Below, piece after piece: positions 11,695-20,552 of a DNA stretch of 55,042 nt. This DNA comes from an uncultured Erysipelotrichaceae bacterium (lineage in GTDB: Bacteria; Bacillota_I; Bacilli_A; RFN20; CAG-826), in NCBI GenBank assembly GCA_900314585.1, contig OMVV01000011.1, positions 1-55,042 of the forward strand. The letters are read 5' to 3'. Position 1 is the stretch's first letter. Each line of letters starts with the position of its first letter. Position numbers and translations under genes: made by a program. Under the pieces are notes generated by a model that saw only the letters and a program-made list of their open reading frames with translations, ran no database searches and was not told where the DNA came from.

Positions 11695-11952
11695 TTATTT
11701 TTCTTCGTCAAATGATTCAAAACTTAAATGAATGTGTTTGTTTTCATTTTTGCCTGCGACAGAGATTAATTCTCTGAGAGCAGAAGCGACCATTCCTTTT
11801 TTGCCGATTAATCTAGCAGTATCTTCGTTTTCAGCACAGATTAATAATCTGACATCTTTTGGATTGTCGCTTGGGAGTTCGCGAACCATGATGGCTTCTG
11901 GATTAATTAAGAAAGGATCAACAATTGTGTGAATGATCTTTTCGTATTCCAT
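11695..11952 (-). CDS. khpA: KH-domain RNA-binding protein KhpA (YlqC)
   Basis: RLIGKKG (GxxG loop); lies between rpsP and rimM. Confidence 0.85.
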   Translation of the reverse strand: MEYEKIIHTIVDPFLINPEAIMVRELPSDNPKDVRLLICAENEDTARLIGKKGMVASALRELISVAGKNENKHIHLSFESFDEEK

Positions 11953-12227
11953 TATTTACTAGCCTTCTTTGATTCAGCGTATTTTTGCATGATACCCTTC
12001 TTGGTGAAGAGTGTGCGAATTGAATCGCTTGGTTGAGCACCTTTTTGGAGCCATTTTAATGCGGCTTCGACATTGATATCGGCATTTTCTTCACCTTTAG
12101 AAGGATCGAAGTATCCGATTTGTTCAACATAACGACCATCTCTAGCAAATCTTGAATCCGCGACAACGACACGGTAGATAGCTTCTTTATGACGGCCAAT
12201 TCTGGTAAGTCTAATTTTAACTGACAT
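11952..12227 (-). CDS. rpsP: 30S ribosomal protein S16
   Basis: MSVKIRLTRIG...YRVVVADSR..RDGR..EQIGYFDP...WLQKGAQPS. Confidence 0.98.
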   Translation of the reverse strand: MSVKIRLTRIGRHKEAIYRVVVADSRFARDGRYVEQIGYFDPSKGEENADINVEAALKWLQKGAQPSDSIRTLFTKKGIMQKYAESKKASK

Positions 12228-12255
12228 GTTTGTAATCTCCTTTTTACCGTGTTTT

Positions 12256-12283
12256 ATTATATAAGGTTCTCAAACCGTGTCAA
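12256..12283 (-). promoter_or_regulatory. sigma-A promoter of the rpsP operon
   Basis: Minus strand TTGACA-N16-TATAAT with perfect consensus hexamers. Confidence 0.8.
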
Positions 12284-12317
12284 GTATTTTTACTTAACAG
12301 CATCTTCAATATTTTTC

Positions 12318-12346
12318 TTGCACCTATTATATAGATTTGATAATAT
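12318..12346 (+). promoter_or_regulatory. sigma-A promoter of rplS
   Basis: TTGCAC-N17-TAATAT with extended TG. Confidence 0.6.
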
Positions 12347-12370
12347 CTTCTTTGCGAGTTTATAACTCGC

Positions 12371-12412
12371 CTTGGACGTCCCGCTTTCACGTCATGATAT
12401 GAACGTACCGAG
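12371..12412 (+). ncRNA. L19 ribosomal protein leader (autoregulatory RNA)
   Basis: cttgg-acgt-cccgct...atga-acgt-a-ccgag stem with the CCGCU/AUGA core typical of Firmicute L19 leaders, directly upstream of rplS. Confidence 0.7.
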
Positions 12413-12440
12413 ATTATACTTGTAAGAAGGAGGAAAAGAC

Positions 12441-12788
12441 ATGAACACAAATATCGTTAACGAAGTTACTGCTCGTCAACTTAAGAAAGATGTTCCAGCA
12501 TTCTCATCTGGTGACACTGTCAAAGTTTACGTCAGAATTATCGAAAATAACAAAGAACGTATCCAAGTCTTCCAAGGCGTCGTTATGCAACGCCGCGGCT
12601 CCGGTGTCAGCGAGACCTTCACTGTTAGAAAAATTTCTTCAGGTGTCGGTGTTGAAAGAACATTCCCAGTTAATTCACCAGTTATCTCAAAGATCGAACT
12701 CGTGAAACGTGGTAAAGTTCGTCGTAGTAGAATTACCTATTTACGTAAACGTTCTGGCAAAGCCGCTCGTATTAAAGAAGTTCTTTAA
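12441..12788 (+). CDS. rplS: 50S ribosomal protein L19
   Basis: [40 protein letters not shown]; SD aggagg. Confidence 0.98.
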   Translation: MNTNIVNEVTARQLKKDVPAFSSGDTVKVYVRIIENNKERIQVFQGVVMQRRGSGVSETFTVRKISSGVGVERTFPVNSPVISKIELVKRGKVRRSRITYLRKRSGKAARIKEVL

Positions 12789-12810
12789 TAAGAGAGTTCT
12801 TAAAAAGATT

Positions 12811-12836
12811 GACCCGTTACGACGGGTTTTTCTTTT
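12811..12836 (+). terminator. Rho-independent terminator after rplS
   Basis: gacccgt-tacg-acgggtt followed by a T-tract. Confidence 0.75.
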
Positions 12837-12896
12837 AGTTAAATAGAACGAAAATAAAACTTTAGTTTTGGAATTTTTCTAAATATAATTGTGTGT

Positions 12897-13643
12897 ATGA
12901 AGAAACAAAAAGAAACAAAGCCAATGACACCTCTTAGAGCTTTCTTCGATAAGCTGATTTTTTCATTTTACGTTATCGCTTTAGTGTGTGCGATTTGTTT
13001 CTCAAGTTTTGTCTGGTTCCAAAAGACCTATTTTGTTAACTATTGGGTAAACGGCCAATCGATGTGGCCAACCCTTAATAAAGATACTAAAACAGCAGAT
13101 GGAATCCCATTTGACGATTCAACCGATTGCAAGAGTATGAATGGTGCTTATGATGTCGATTTTATTATTGGTGATACCCATCAAAACATCCTTGATGGTT
13201 TAAAACGTTTTGATATCGTCGTTTGTAAGTATTCTGAAAGCGACTCTTTTGAAAAGATTAAACGTATCATCGCTCTTCCTGGCGAGACATTTTATATCGA
13301 CGCTGTTGGTGAAGACAAAGAGGGTAATGGAACTCTTCATATCTTAAACAATGAAACTGGTGAATTTGAAGTTGTCGCTCAACCAGTTGAACAATGGATT
13401 ATTGAGCATGGCAAATATCCATATGAATATGCTCAACCATTCACCCTGAAGGAGAATGAATATTTTGTCATGGGTGATAACCGCGCTCATTCAAGCGATT
13501 CACGTTTAAATGGACCAGTTACCAAAGACAACATTGAAGCGAAAGCAATTGCGATTGTTGCAAAATGTCGCATTATCGTTCCTGTTGGTGGTTCAACATA
13601 CACCCCAACTGATATCGATTACGATTGGCCGAGGTTCTTATAA
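12897..13643 (+). CDS. Signal peptidase I
   Basis: N-terminal TM, GQSMWPTL (Ser), IKRIIALPGE (Lys), MGDNRAHSSDSR. Confidence 0.93.
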   Translation: MKKQKETKPMTPLRAFFDKLIFSFYVIALVCAICFSSFVWFQKTYFVNYWVNGQSMWPTLNKDTKTADGIPFDDSTDCKSMNGAYDVDFIIGDTHQNILDGLKRFDIVVCKYSESDSFEKIKRIIALPGETFYIDAVGEDKEGNGTLHILNNETGEFEVVAQPVEQWIIEHGKYPYEYAQPFTLKENEYFVMGDNRAHSSDSRLNGPVTKDNIEAKAIAIVAKCRIIVPVGGSTYTPTDIDYDWPRFL

Positions 13644-13645
13644 TT

Positions 13646-14488
13646 ATGAGTCAAATTCATTGGTATCCGGGCCATATGAAGAAGGCTCAAATAAATATTG
13701 AAGAAAAGCTGAAGATTGTCGATTTAGTAATAGAATTACTCGACGCACGTATTCCCATATCAAGTCGCAATCCAACTCTTTTTAAACTGAGCCAAAACAA
13801 GAATAGATTAGTGGTCTTAACTAAGAATGATTTAGCCGATCCTAAAGTTACTCAAAAATGGATCGAACATTTTAAACAATGTGGTTTTGCAGCGATATTC
13901 GCTGATTTAAATAAAGAGAAAGATGTTAAAAACATCATTAAATGTGCTGAAGATTTAGCTAAAGATAAGAATGATAAATACGTCGCCAAAGGAATGAAAC
14001 CTCAACCTATTAGAGCGATGATTATTGGCATTCCAAATGTCGGTAAATCAACCTTGATTAATAAGATCGCTAAACGTAATGCGGCAAGTGTTGAAAATAA
14101 ACCTGGCCACACCAAAGCGCAGCAATGGATTAAAGTCAGTGACAAATTCCAATTATTAGACACTCCGGGAGTGTTACCTTCAAATTATGAAGACAAACAA
14201 GTCGCAATTAATCTAGCTTTAGTAGGATCAATAAACGAAGAAATCCTTCCTTTAGATGAACTTGCTAACTATGCTTTTAATTATTTAAAAGAATCATATA
14301 AAGACAATTTGTTAAAGAGATTTAGCTACCTTGATCTAAGTCAATCAAACGAACTCGCTTTCGAGAATATCGCTAATAAAAGGGGTTATTTCGCTAAGGG
14401 TGGGTTAGACATCTATAAAAGCCATAAAGTCTTCTTAAACGAATTAAAAAACGGTATTTTAGGACAAATTAGTTTTGAAACAATCTAG
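13646..14488 (+). CDS. rbgA: Ribosome biogenesis GTPase RbgA (YlqF)
   Basis: WYPGHMKKA, DARIP, GIPNVGKSTLIN, DTPGV. Confidence 0.96.
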   Translation: MSQIHWYPGHMKKAQINIEEKLKIVDLVIELLDARIPISSRNPTLFKLSQNKNRLVVLTKNDLADPKVTQKWIEHFKQCGFAAIFADLNKEKDVKNIIKCAEDLAKDKNDKYVAKGMKPQPIRAMIIGIPNVGKSTLINKIAKRNAASVENKPGHTKAQQWIKVSDKFQLLDTPGVLPSNYEDKQVAINLALVGSINEEILPLDELANYAFNYLKESYKDNLLKRFSYLDLSQSNELAFENIANKRGYFAKGGLDIYKSHKVFLNELKNGILGQISFETI

Positions 14489-15119
14489 TGTACTTACATA
14501 TCAAGAACAATTCTATTCTGACAAGGTTAACCTAATCGTTGGAGTGGATGAAGCAGGTCGCGGACCATTAGCTGGACCAGTTGTTGCTGCAGCAGTTATT
14601 TTCCCGCGCGCGTATATTAATAAAGAAATAAATGACTCAAAACAGCTCAGTGAAAAGAAGCGTGAAGAGCTATTTAATCTCATCAAAAAAGATGCCTTAG
14701 CAATTGGGGTTGGAATTGTTGATGCTGAAACAATTGATAAAGTAAATATCTATGAAGCTACCAAAATTGCGATGAAAACCGCAATTAAGAATCTTAATCA
14801 TAAATATGACCTCATCTTGACTGATGCAATGAAACTTGAAAATCAAAGTGTTGAAGTAATTGATATTATTAAAGGTGATGCGAAAGCATTACCAATCGCC
14901 GCAGCGTCAATCATCGCCAAAGTCACTCGTGACCACATGATGGATGAACTTGCTAAGAAATATACAGAATATGGTTTCGATGTTCATAAAGGCTATGGCA
15001 CCAAACGGCACATGGACGCATTAAAGAAGTTTGGACCAATTCCAAAAGTACATCGATATTCATATAAACCCGTTTACCGCGCAAGCATGCACGAAATGAA
15101 CCTCTTCGAGATGGAATAA
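14475..15119 (+). CDS. rnhB: Ribonuclease HII
   Basis: GVDEAGRGPLAGPV, NDSK, KGDA, AAASIIAKVTRD. Confidence 0.97.
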   Translation: MKQSSVLTYQEQFYSDKVNLIVGVDEAGRGPLAGPVVAAAVIFPRAYINKEINDSKQLSEKKREELFNLIKKDALAIGVGIVDAETIDKVNIYEATKIAMKTAIKNLNHKYDLILTDAMKLENQSVEVIDIIKGDAKALPIAAASIIAKVTRDHMMDELAKKYTEYGFDVHKGYGTKRHMDALKKFGPIPKVHRYSYKPVYRASMHEMNLFEME

Positions 15120-15202
15120 AAATTAAGATGGCAAAGCCATCTTTTTATTTTGTTCGAACATTTCGACTCTTTTTACAAGTATTTATTGGTAGAGGTGCAT
15201 AT

Positions 15203-15991
15203 ATGAAAAAAATACGAGATTACTTAATTTACTATTCACTTAAGTACAATGGCGATTACCAAAAAGTGAAACGCGCAATCATCGATCGAGAAGATATGGG
15301 CGATGAAGAATTTCCACCAATTAAGTCTGGTGTAGTGACATTTGATGATGAAGATTATCCGGATTATCTTAAACGAATCAACGATCCTCCGTTAGTGCTT
15401 TATTACTATGGTGATATTTCCTTATTAAAAAATATCGATAAACATGTTGGAGTTATCGGTAGTCGAAATTTTTCTGAGTATGGAAAGGAGGCGACCGAAA
15501 ATATCGTTAGTGGTATTGCAAAAGATACAGTCATTGTTTCCGGGTTAGCATATGGAATTGATGCAATCGCTCATGCATGCGCGATTAATAACAAAGGTAA
15601 AACAATCGCAGTGCTCGGCTCTGGAATCGATGTTTGTTACCCACCAGAAAACCAAGAGTTATACGAGAAAATAAAGAAGAATCACCTTGTTATTTCTGAA
15701 TATCCTGGTTTAACTCAACCATCTCCAGATAAGTTTCCGTTTCGAAATCGAATCATTGCTCAACTATCAAAATGCGTACTTATTACAGAGGCGTATGCAC
15801 GCTCGGGCACATCAATAACTGCGAACTTTGCTCTAATGCTTGGAAGAACGGTGTGTTGTGTTCCATATCCAGTTGGAAAGAACTCATTTTGTAATAAGTT
15901 CATCAATCAAGGAGCCTTTCTAGTCGAAGGGCCTGAGGATGTTTTAGATTTGATCGGCATTAACAAAAATGAGCCAATTTTTGAATTATGA
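15203..15991 (+). CDS. dprA: DNA-processing protein DprA (Smf)
   Basis: DPPLVLY, IGSR, VSGLAYGIDA, FPFRNRIIA; SD agaggt before ATG 15203. Confidence 0.94.
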   Translation: MKKIRDYLIYYSLKYNGDYQKVKRAIIDREDMGDEEFPPIKSGVVTFDDEDYPDYLKRINDPPLVLYYYGDISLLKNIDKHVGVIGSRNFSEYGKEATENIVSGIAKDTVIVSGLAYGIDAIAHACAINNKGKTIAVLGSGIDVCYPPENQELYEKIKKNHLVISEYPGLTQPSPDKFPFRNRIIAQLSKCVLITEAYARSGTSITANFALMLGRTVCCVPYPVGKNSFCNKFINQGAFLVEGPEDVLDLIGINKNEPIFEL

Positions 15992-16031
15992 AAAATTATT
16001 AAAGATATTATTCTTTAAGCAAAAATAGACT

Positions 16032-16060
16032 TTGACAAGGCCAGTAGTAATGATTATATT
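16032..16060 (+). promoter_or_regulatory. sigma-A promoter of topA
   Basis: TTGACA-N17-TATATT. Confidence 0.7.
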
Positions 16061-16072
16061 TATTGTCGCTTT

Positions 16073-18139
16073 ATGAAGTTGGTAATCGTTGAATCCCCTA
16101 ATAAATGTCACACCATATCCCGTTATCTAGGCGAAGGTTATGAGGTCATGGCGACCGTAGGTCACCTTAGAGACCTTTCCACAAGTGGAAAGGGTGGCTT
16201 TGGAGTGGACCTTCAAAACGATTTTAAACCTACTTATGTTATCTCCTCTCACAAGCGAAAAGTCGTCAACGAAATAAGAGAAGCTGCTCGAAGAGCACAA
16301 GACATATATTTAGCTACCGACCCTGATCGTGAAGGTGAAGCTATCGCATGGCACTTAACGCAGATTTTGAACTTACCAGTTGAGTCCACCAAGCGTCTTG
16401 AGTTCCATGAAATCACACGCGTATCTATTTCAGAGGCTATCGAGCACCCACGCACGATAGATATGAATCTTGTTAACTCTCAAGAAACAAGAAGAATCAT
16501 TGACCGCATCATTGGTTTTAAACTTTCAAATATCATCCAAAAAATGATTAAGTCTCGTTCAGCCGGACGAGTTCAATCCGCAACTTTAAAACTCATCGCG
16601 GATCATGATGAAGAAATCGCGAATTTCAAACCAACACCATATTGGACACTCAGTCTTGATTTAGCAGTTGGAAAACGCAAAATCACTGCAAACTTCGATT
16701 ATTATGGTGATATAAAGAAGCTTGATGACGAGAAAAATGTAAAAGAAATTCTCTCCAAACTTGAAGAAAAAGCGAAAGTTATTTCAATTAAAAAATCTGT
16801 TAAGACTGTTGAGTCAAAACCAGCTTTTACAACTTCAACACTTCAACAAGAAGCATATAACACATATCACTTCTCAACCAGCAAGACATCAAGCCTTGCT
16901 CAAAAACTTTATGAAGGTGTTGAAATCAAAGGTGAACATACAGGTTTAATTACTTATATCCGTACTGACTCAACATATTTATCTGATACATACGTTAATC
17001 GCGCAGAAGCATATATTAAAGAAGTATATGGTCCACAATATTGTGGTAGACGTAAAGTTGTCAAAGTCGCCGGTGCGCAAAACGCTCACGAAGCGATTAG
17101 ACCAACATCTAACCACACAACCCCAGAATCAATTCGTCCTTTTATTTCTAATGACTTATATCGTCTTTATAAACTAATTTATGAACGTGCAGTCGGCTCA
17201 TTAATGGCGCCTAAAAAAGAAGCAGTTCAAACTGTTTTGTTTGATTGTGGTGGTGTCACATTTAAGGTTGAAGACTCATCAACCATCTTTGATGGTTTCA
17301 CTCGTTTAAGTTCAGTTGATCGCACCAACGATTCAAATCTTCCAATCTTTATTGAAGGAAGCGAATATAAAGTTGAAAAAGTTAACAACGAAATGAAAAT
17401 GACCGAACCTCCAGCTTATTACACTGAAGCTCGTATCGTTAAACTCATGGAAGAAAAGAAGATCGGTCGTCCATCAACTTACTCTTCAACCATTTCAACA
17501 TTACTCAAACGTCAATATGTTGAATCTAGCAAAGGTTCAATTATCTCAACTGATGTCGGCAAAAGAACTTCAATTGTTCTAAATAAATATTTCCCAAATT
17601 TTGTCGATGTTAAATACACCGCAAAGATGGAAGAAGAACTTGACTCAATCCAAGAAGGAGAGGCAAGTCGCAGTGAAATTCTTGATGATTTCTACACAAA
17701 GTTCATGAAGGAAGTCGATGCCGCTTACAAAGTAATGTATATTGACGGCGACACTCCGGTTGGTCGAAATTGTCCACATTGTGGAGCTCCACTAGTTCTT
17801 AAAAAATCTAAATACGGTGAATTTGTAGGCTGTTCCAACTATCCAAAATGTGATTATCGTGAAAAAGATGAAACCGAAGAAACTGGTGAACTATGTCCGA
17901 AATGTGGTCGCCCACTCGTTTATCGAATCAATAAAAAGAAGAAAAGATTCATTGCATGTTCTGGTTATCCAAAATGCGATTACATCAAAAATGATATTGA
18001 AGAGGAAGTTCCACACACCGGACTCAAATGTCCTGAATGTGGTGGTGAGTTAGTTGAAAGACACCACGGAAAGAAAAAGTTCTTAGGCTGTTCCAACTAT
18101 CCAAAATGTCATCACATGGAACCATTAAAGAAAAAATAA
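16073..18139 (+). CDS. topA: DNA topoisomerase I with three C4 zinc ribbons
   Basis: LVIVESP, ATDPDREGEAI, SAGRVQS, LITYIRTDS, AHEAIRPT, three CPxCG...CSxYPKC repeats. Confidence 0.97.
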   Translation: MKLVIVESPNKCHTISRYLGEGYEVMATVGHLRDLSTSGKGGFGVDLQNDFKPTYVISSHKRKVVNEIREAARRAQDIYLATDPDREGEAIAWHLTQILNLPVESTKRLEFHEITRVSISEAIEHPRTIDMNLVNSQETRRIIDRIIGFKLSNIIQKMIKSRSAGRVQSATLKLIADHDEEIANFKPTPYWTLSLDLAVGKRKITANFDYYGDIKKLDDEKNVKEILSKLEEKAKVISIKKSVKTVESKPAFTTSTLQQEAYNTYHFSTSKTSSLAQKLYEGVEIKGEHTGLITYIRTDSTYLSDTYVNRAEAYIKEVYGPQYCGRRKVVKVAGAQNAHEAIRPTSNHTTPESIRPFISNDLYRLYKLIYERAVGSLMAPKKEAVQTVLFDCGGVTFKVEDSSTIFDGFTRLSSVDRTNDSNLPIFIEGSEYKVEKVNNEMKMTEPPAYYTEARIVKLMEEKKIGRPSTYSSTISTLLKRQYVESSKGSIISTDVGKRTSIVLNKYFPNFVDVKYTAKMEEELDSIQEGEASRSEILDDFYTKFMKEVDAAYKVMYIDGDTPVGRNCPHCGAPLVLKKSKYGEFVGCSNYPKCDYREKDETEETGELCPKCGRPLVYRINKKKKRFIACSGYPKCDYIKNDIEEEVPHTGLKCPECGGELVERHHGKKKFLGCSNYPKCHHMEPLKKK

Positions 18140-18145
18140 ACAATT

Positions 18146-18169
18146 GAGTAAGCATTTGCTTACTTTTTT
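18146..18169 (+). terminator. Terminator after topA
   Basis: gagtaagc-attt-gcttactt followed by a T-tract. Confidence 0.65.
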
Positions 18170-18185
18170 GTTATAATCTAAACAC

Positions 18186-19466
18186 ATGAAAAAAGTGAAT
18201 GTTATCGGTGGTGGTCTTTCAGGGGTTGAAGCCTGTTATTTTTTACTTAATAAAGGTTATGAAGTTCACCTCTATGAAAAGCGTCCAAAAGAGATGACTC
18301 CTGCTCATCATACATCGCTTCTTGGTGAGCTAGTTTGTTCAAATTCACTTAAATCTAATCGACTCGATAATGCTTGTGGATTGCTTAAAGAAGAGATGCG
18401 TCACATGAATTCTTTAACGATGAAAGTGGCCTCTGAAACTTCAGTTCCAAGCGGCAATGCTTTAAGTGTTGATCGTGATGCATTTGCAAGCAAAATAACC
18501 GCAATTCTCCAACAATTTCCTAGTTTTCACCTACACGTGGAGGATATAAAAGAAGTTGGGAATGAACCCACAATCATTGCCACTGGACCATTAACAAGTG
18601 AATCTTTAAGCAAGTGGCTTGAAGAAAAAGTAGGTCATCAATCATTGTTCTTTTTTGATGCCAGCGCGCCGATTGTTAAAAAAGATTCAATTAATATGAA
18701 CATCGCTTATAAAAAAGCTCGTTATGATCAAGGTGATGATAGCTACATCAATTGCCCGTTCTCTATTGAACAATACGAAAAGTTCTATGATGAACTAGTA
18801 AATGCTGAACTCGCCAAAGTTCACGAATTCGATAAAAACTATTTTGAAGGCTGTATGCCAATTGAAGTTATGGCGAAACGCGGAAAAGAAACTCTCCGCT
18901 ATGGACCAATGAAACCAAAAGGGCTTCAAGTCGAGGGAAGAGAAAAATTCCATGCCGTCATTCAACTTAGGCAAGATAACCTCTATGGCGATTTATATAA
19001 CATCGTTGGTTTTCAAACTAACTTAACTTATAAAGAACAAGAACGTGTTTTTAGAATGATTCCAGGATTAGAAAATGCGGAATTTGTTCGTTATGGATTG
19101 ATGCATCGAAACACTTATATTTGTTCTCCGCTGGCTCTTAATCTGAATATGTCTTTAAAGAATATGAAGAATGTTTTTATTGCTGGTCAACTGACTGGAG
19201 TGGAAGGTTATGTAGAATCCGCAGCGATGGGAATTTTAGCGGCGATTTATTTAGACTCTTATCTAAATGATAAGAAATTGCCTGAATTACCAATCCAAAC
19301 CATGCTTGGTTCACTTCATAATTACATCATAAACGGCGATCCAAAAACTTTCTCACCAATGAATGCAAATTATGGAATTTTGTATGGTTCAAATAAACAT
19401 AATCGTGAAGAGTGTGCAACAAAATCATTACAATTAATTGATGAATGGTTCAAATATGCAAATTAA
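18186..19466 (+). CDS. trmFO: Folate/FAD-dependent tRNA m5U54 methyltransferase TrmFO (Gid)
   Basis: IGGGLSG, ELVCSNS, FEGCMPIE, QLRQDN, GQLTGVEGYVES. Confidence 0.96.
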   Translation: MKKVNVIGGGLSGVEACYFLLNKGYEVHLYEKRPKEMTPAHHTSLLGELVCSNSLKSNRLDNACGLLKEEMRHMNSLTMKVASETSVPSGNALSVDRDAFASKITAILQQFPSFHLHVEDIKEVGNEPTIIATGPLTSESLSKWLEEKVGHQSLFFFDASAPIVKKDSINMNIAYKKARYDQGDDSYINCPFSIEQYEKFYDELVNAELAKVHEFDKNYFEGCMPIEVMAKRGKETLRYGPMKPKGLQVEGREKFHAVIQLRQDNLYGDLYNIVGFQTNLTYKEQERVFRMIPGLENAEFVRYGLMHRNTYICSPLALNLNMSLKNMKNVFIAGQLTGVEGYVESAAMGILAAIYLDSYLNDKKLPELPIQTMLGSLHNYIINGDPKTFSPMNANYGILYGSNKHNREECATKSLQLIDEWFKYAN

Positions 19467-20367
19467 GGAAATCAAAGAATTTTGTGAATATCTAAGATTC
19501 AATCTCAATTACTCGGAGATGACAGTTAAATCTTACGAGCAAGATATTGAAAGTTTTTATACGTTTATTTTCCAAGAAGGTATCGATATTGATGATGTTG
19601 ATTTGCCGATTATTCGCAACTACTTATCAACCCAATTGGATCAAGGTATTTCGAAAAGGACATTGTGTCGTAGGTTGTCATGCTTTAGACACTATTATTC
19701 TTTTTTAATGAATAAAGGATATGTTCACGATAATTCGTTTATCTTCATTCATTCTCCGAAGAAAGATGTTCGTTATCCTCGAGCGTTATACATCGAACAA
19801 ATTGATACCTTGTTTAATAGAAACAAAGAAAGAAGTGATCATTTAATGCTTCGAGATCAAGTGATTCTTGAACTTCTTTATGCTTCTGGTGTTCGAGCGT
19901 CTGAATTCGTAAATATCAAAATTCAAGATATCGATTTCCGCACTCGTTCAATCAGAGTGATGGGTAAAGGAAGCAAAGAACGCATCGTTCCGTTTAATAA
20001 ATCTGCTCTTATGACAATGAAAGATTATTTAAAAGATTGTCGTCCACTTTTACTTGCCAAAAATAAGAAAGCATACAACGTTGATTACTTCATTTTAAAT
20101 GACCAAGGCAAGAAGTTAACAACACGTGGTTTAGAATATATTCTAAAAAATATCGAAAAATTGACTGGGTGTTATTATGATTTACATCCACATTTGCTCC
20201 GTCATACGTTCGCTACGCACTTACTTGAAGGCGGAGCAGATCTTCGTGTTATTCAAGAACTTTTGGGTCATGAATCTTTGGATGCAACTCAGGTTTACAC
20301 CCATGTTACAGACGAGGCGATGAAAAGCCAATTTTTAGCAGCCCACCCAAGAGCAAAGAAGCACTGA
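19456..20367 (+). CDS. xerC: Tyrosine recombinase XerC (CodV-like)
   Basis: LYASGVRASE, GKGSKER, HLLRHTFATH, LLGH, TQVY; follows trmFO as in Bacillus. Confidence 0.88.
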   Translation: MQIKEIKEFCEYLRFNLNYSEMTVKSYEQDIESFYTFIFQEGIDIDDVDLPIIRNYLSTQLDQGISKRTLCRRLSCFRHYYSFLMNKGYVHDNSFIFIHSPKKDVRYPRALYIEQIDTLFNRNKERSDHLMLRDQVILELLYASGVRASEFVNIKIQDIDFRTRSIRVMGKGSKERIVPFNKSALMTMKDYLKDCRPLLLAKNKKAYNVDYFILNDQGKKLTTRGLEYILKNIEKLTGCYYDLHPHLLRHTFATHLLEGGADLRVIQELLGHESLDATQVYTHVTDEAMKSQFLAAHPRAKKH

Positions 20368-20451
20368 CGACTAATAAATAGAAAATTCTATTTGTTAAAT
20401 TTGGTGGAGAGTGTTATTATACAAGCACTCTTTTTATTTATTAAAAGAGAT

Positions 20452-20540
20452 TACGCACATCGTGAATTCAACGTCCAAGTCCCGTGACCACGGGGTCGAA
20501 AACGGGGGATGTTGTTCGAAGCGATGGAGGCTTAAACAAA
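20452..20540 (+). ncRNA. S2 leader / t44 RNA upstream of rpsB
   Basis: acgcac-atcg...cgat-ggagg...aaac closing stem with GC-rich internal hairpins in the rpsB 5' UTR. Confidence 0.7.
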
Positions 20541-20552
20541 TGGAGGTTCATA

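Noticed and set aside
15151-15166. LexA (Cheo) box upstream of dprA (tgttcgaacatttcga)
   Set aside because: Does not fit the CGAAC-N4-GTTCG spacing.
19456-20367. xerC as a prophage or island integrase
   Set aside because: It occupies the conserved topA-trmFO-xerC housekeeping position, with no att sites or phage genes nearby.
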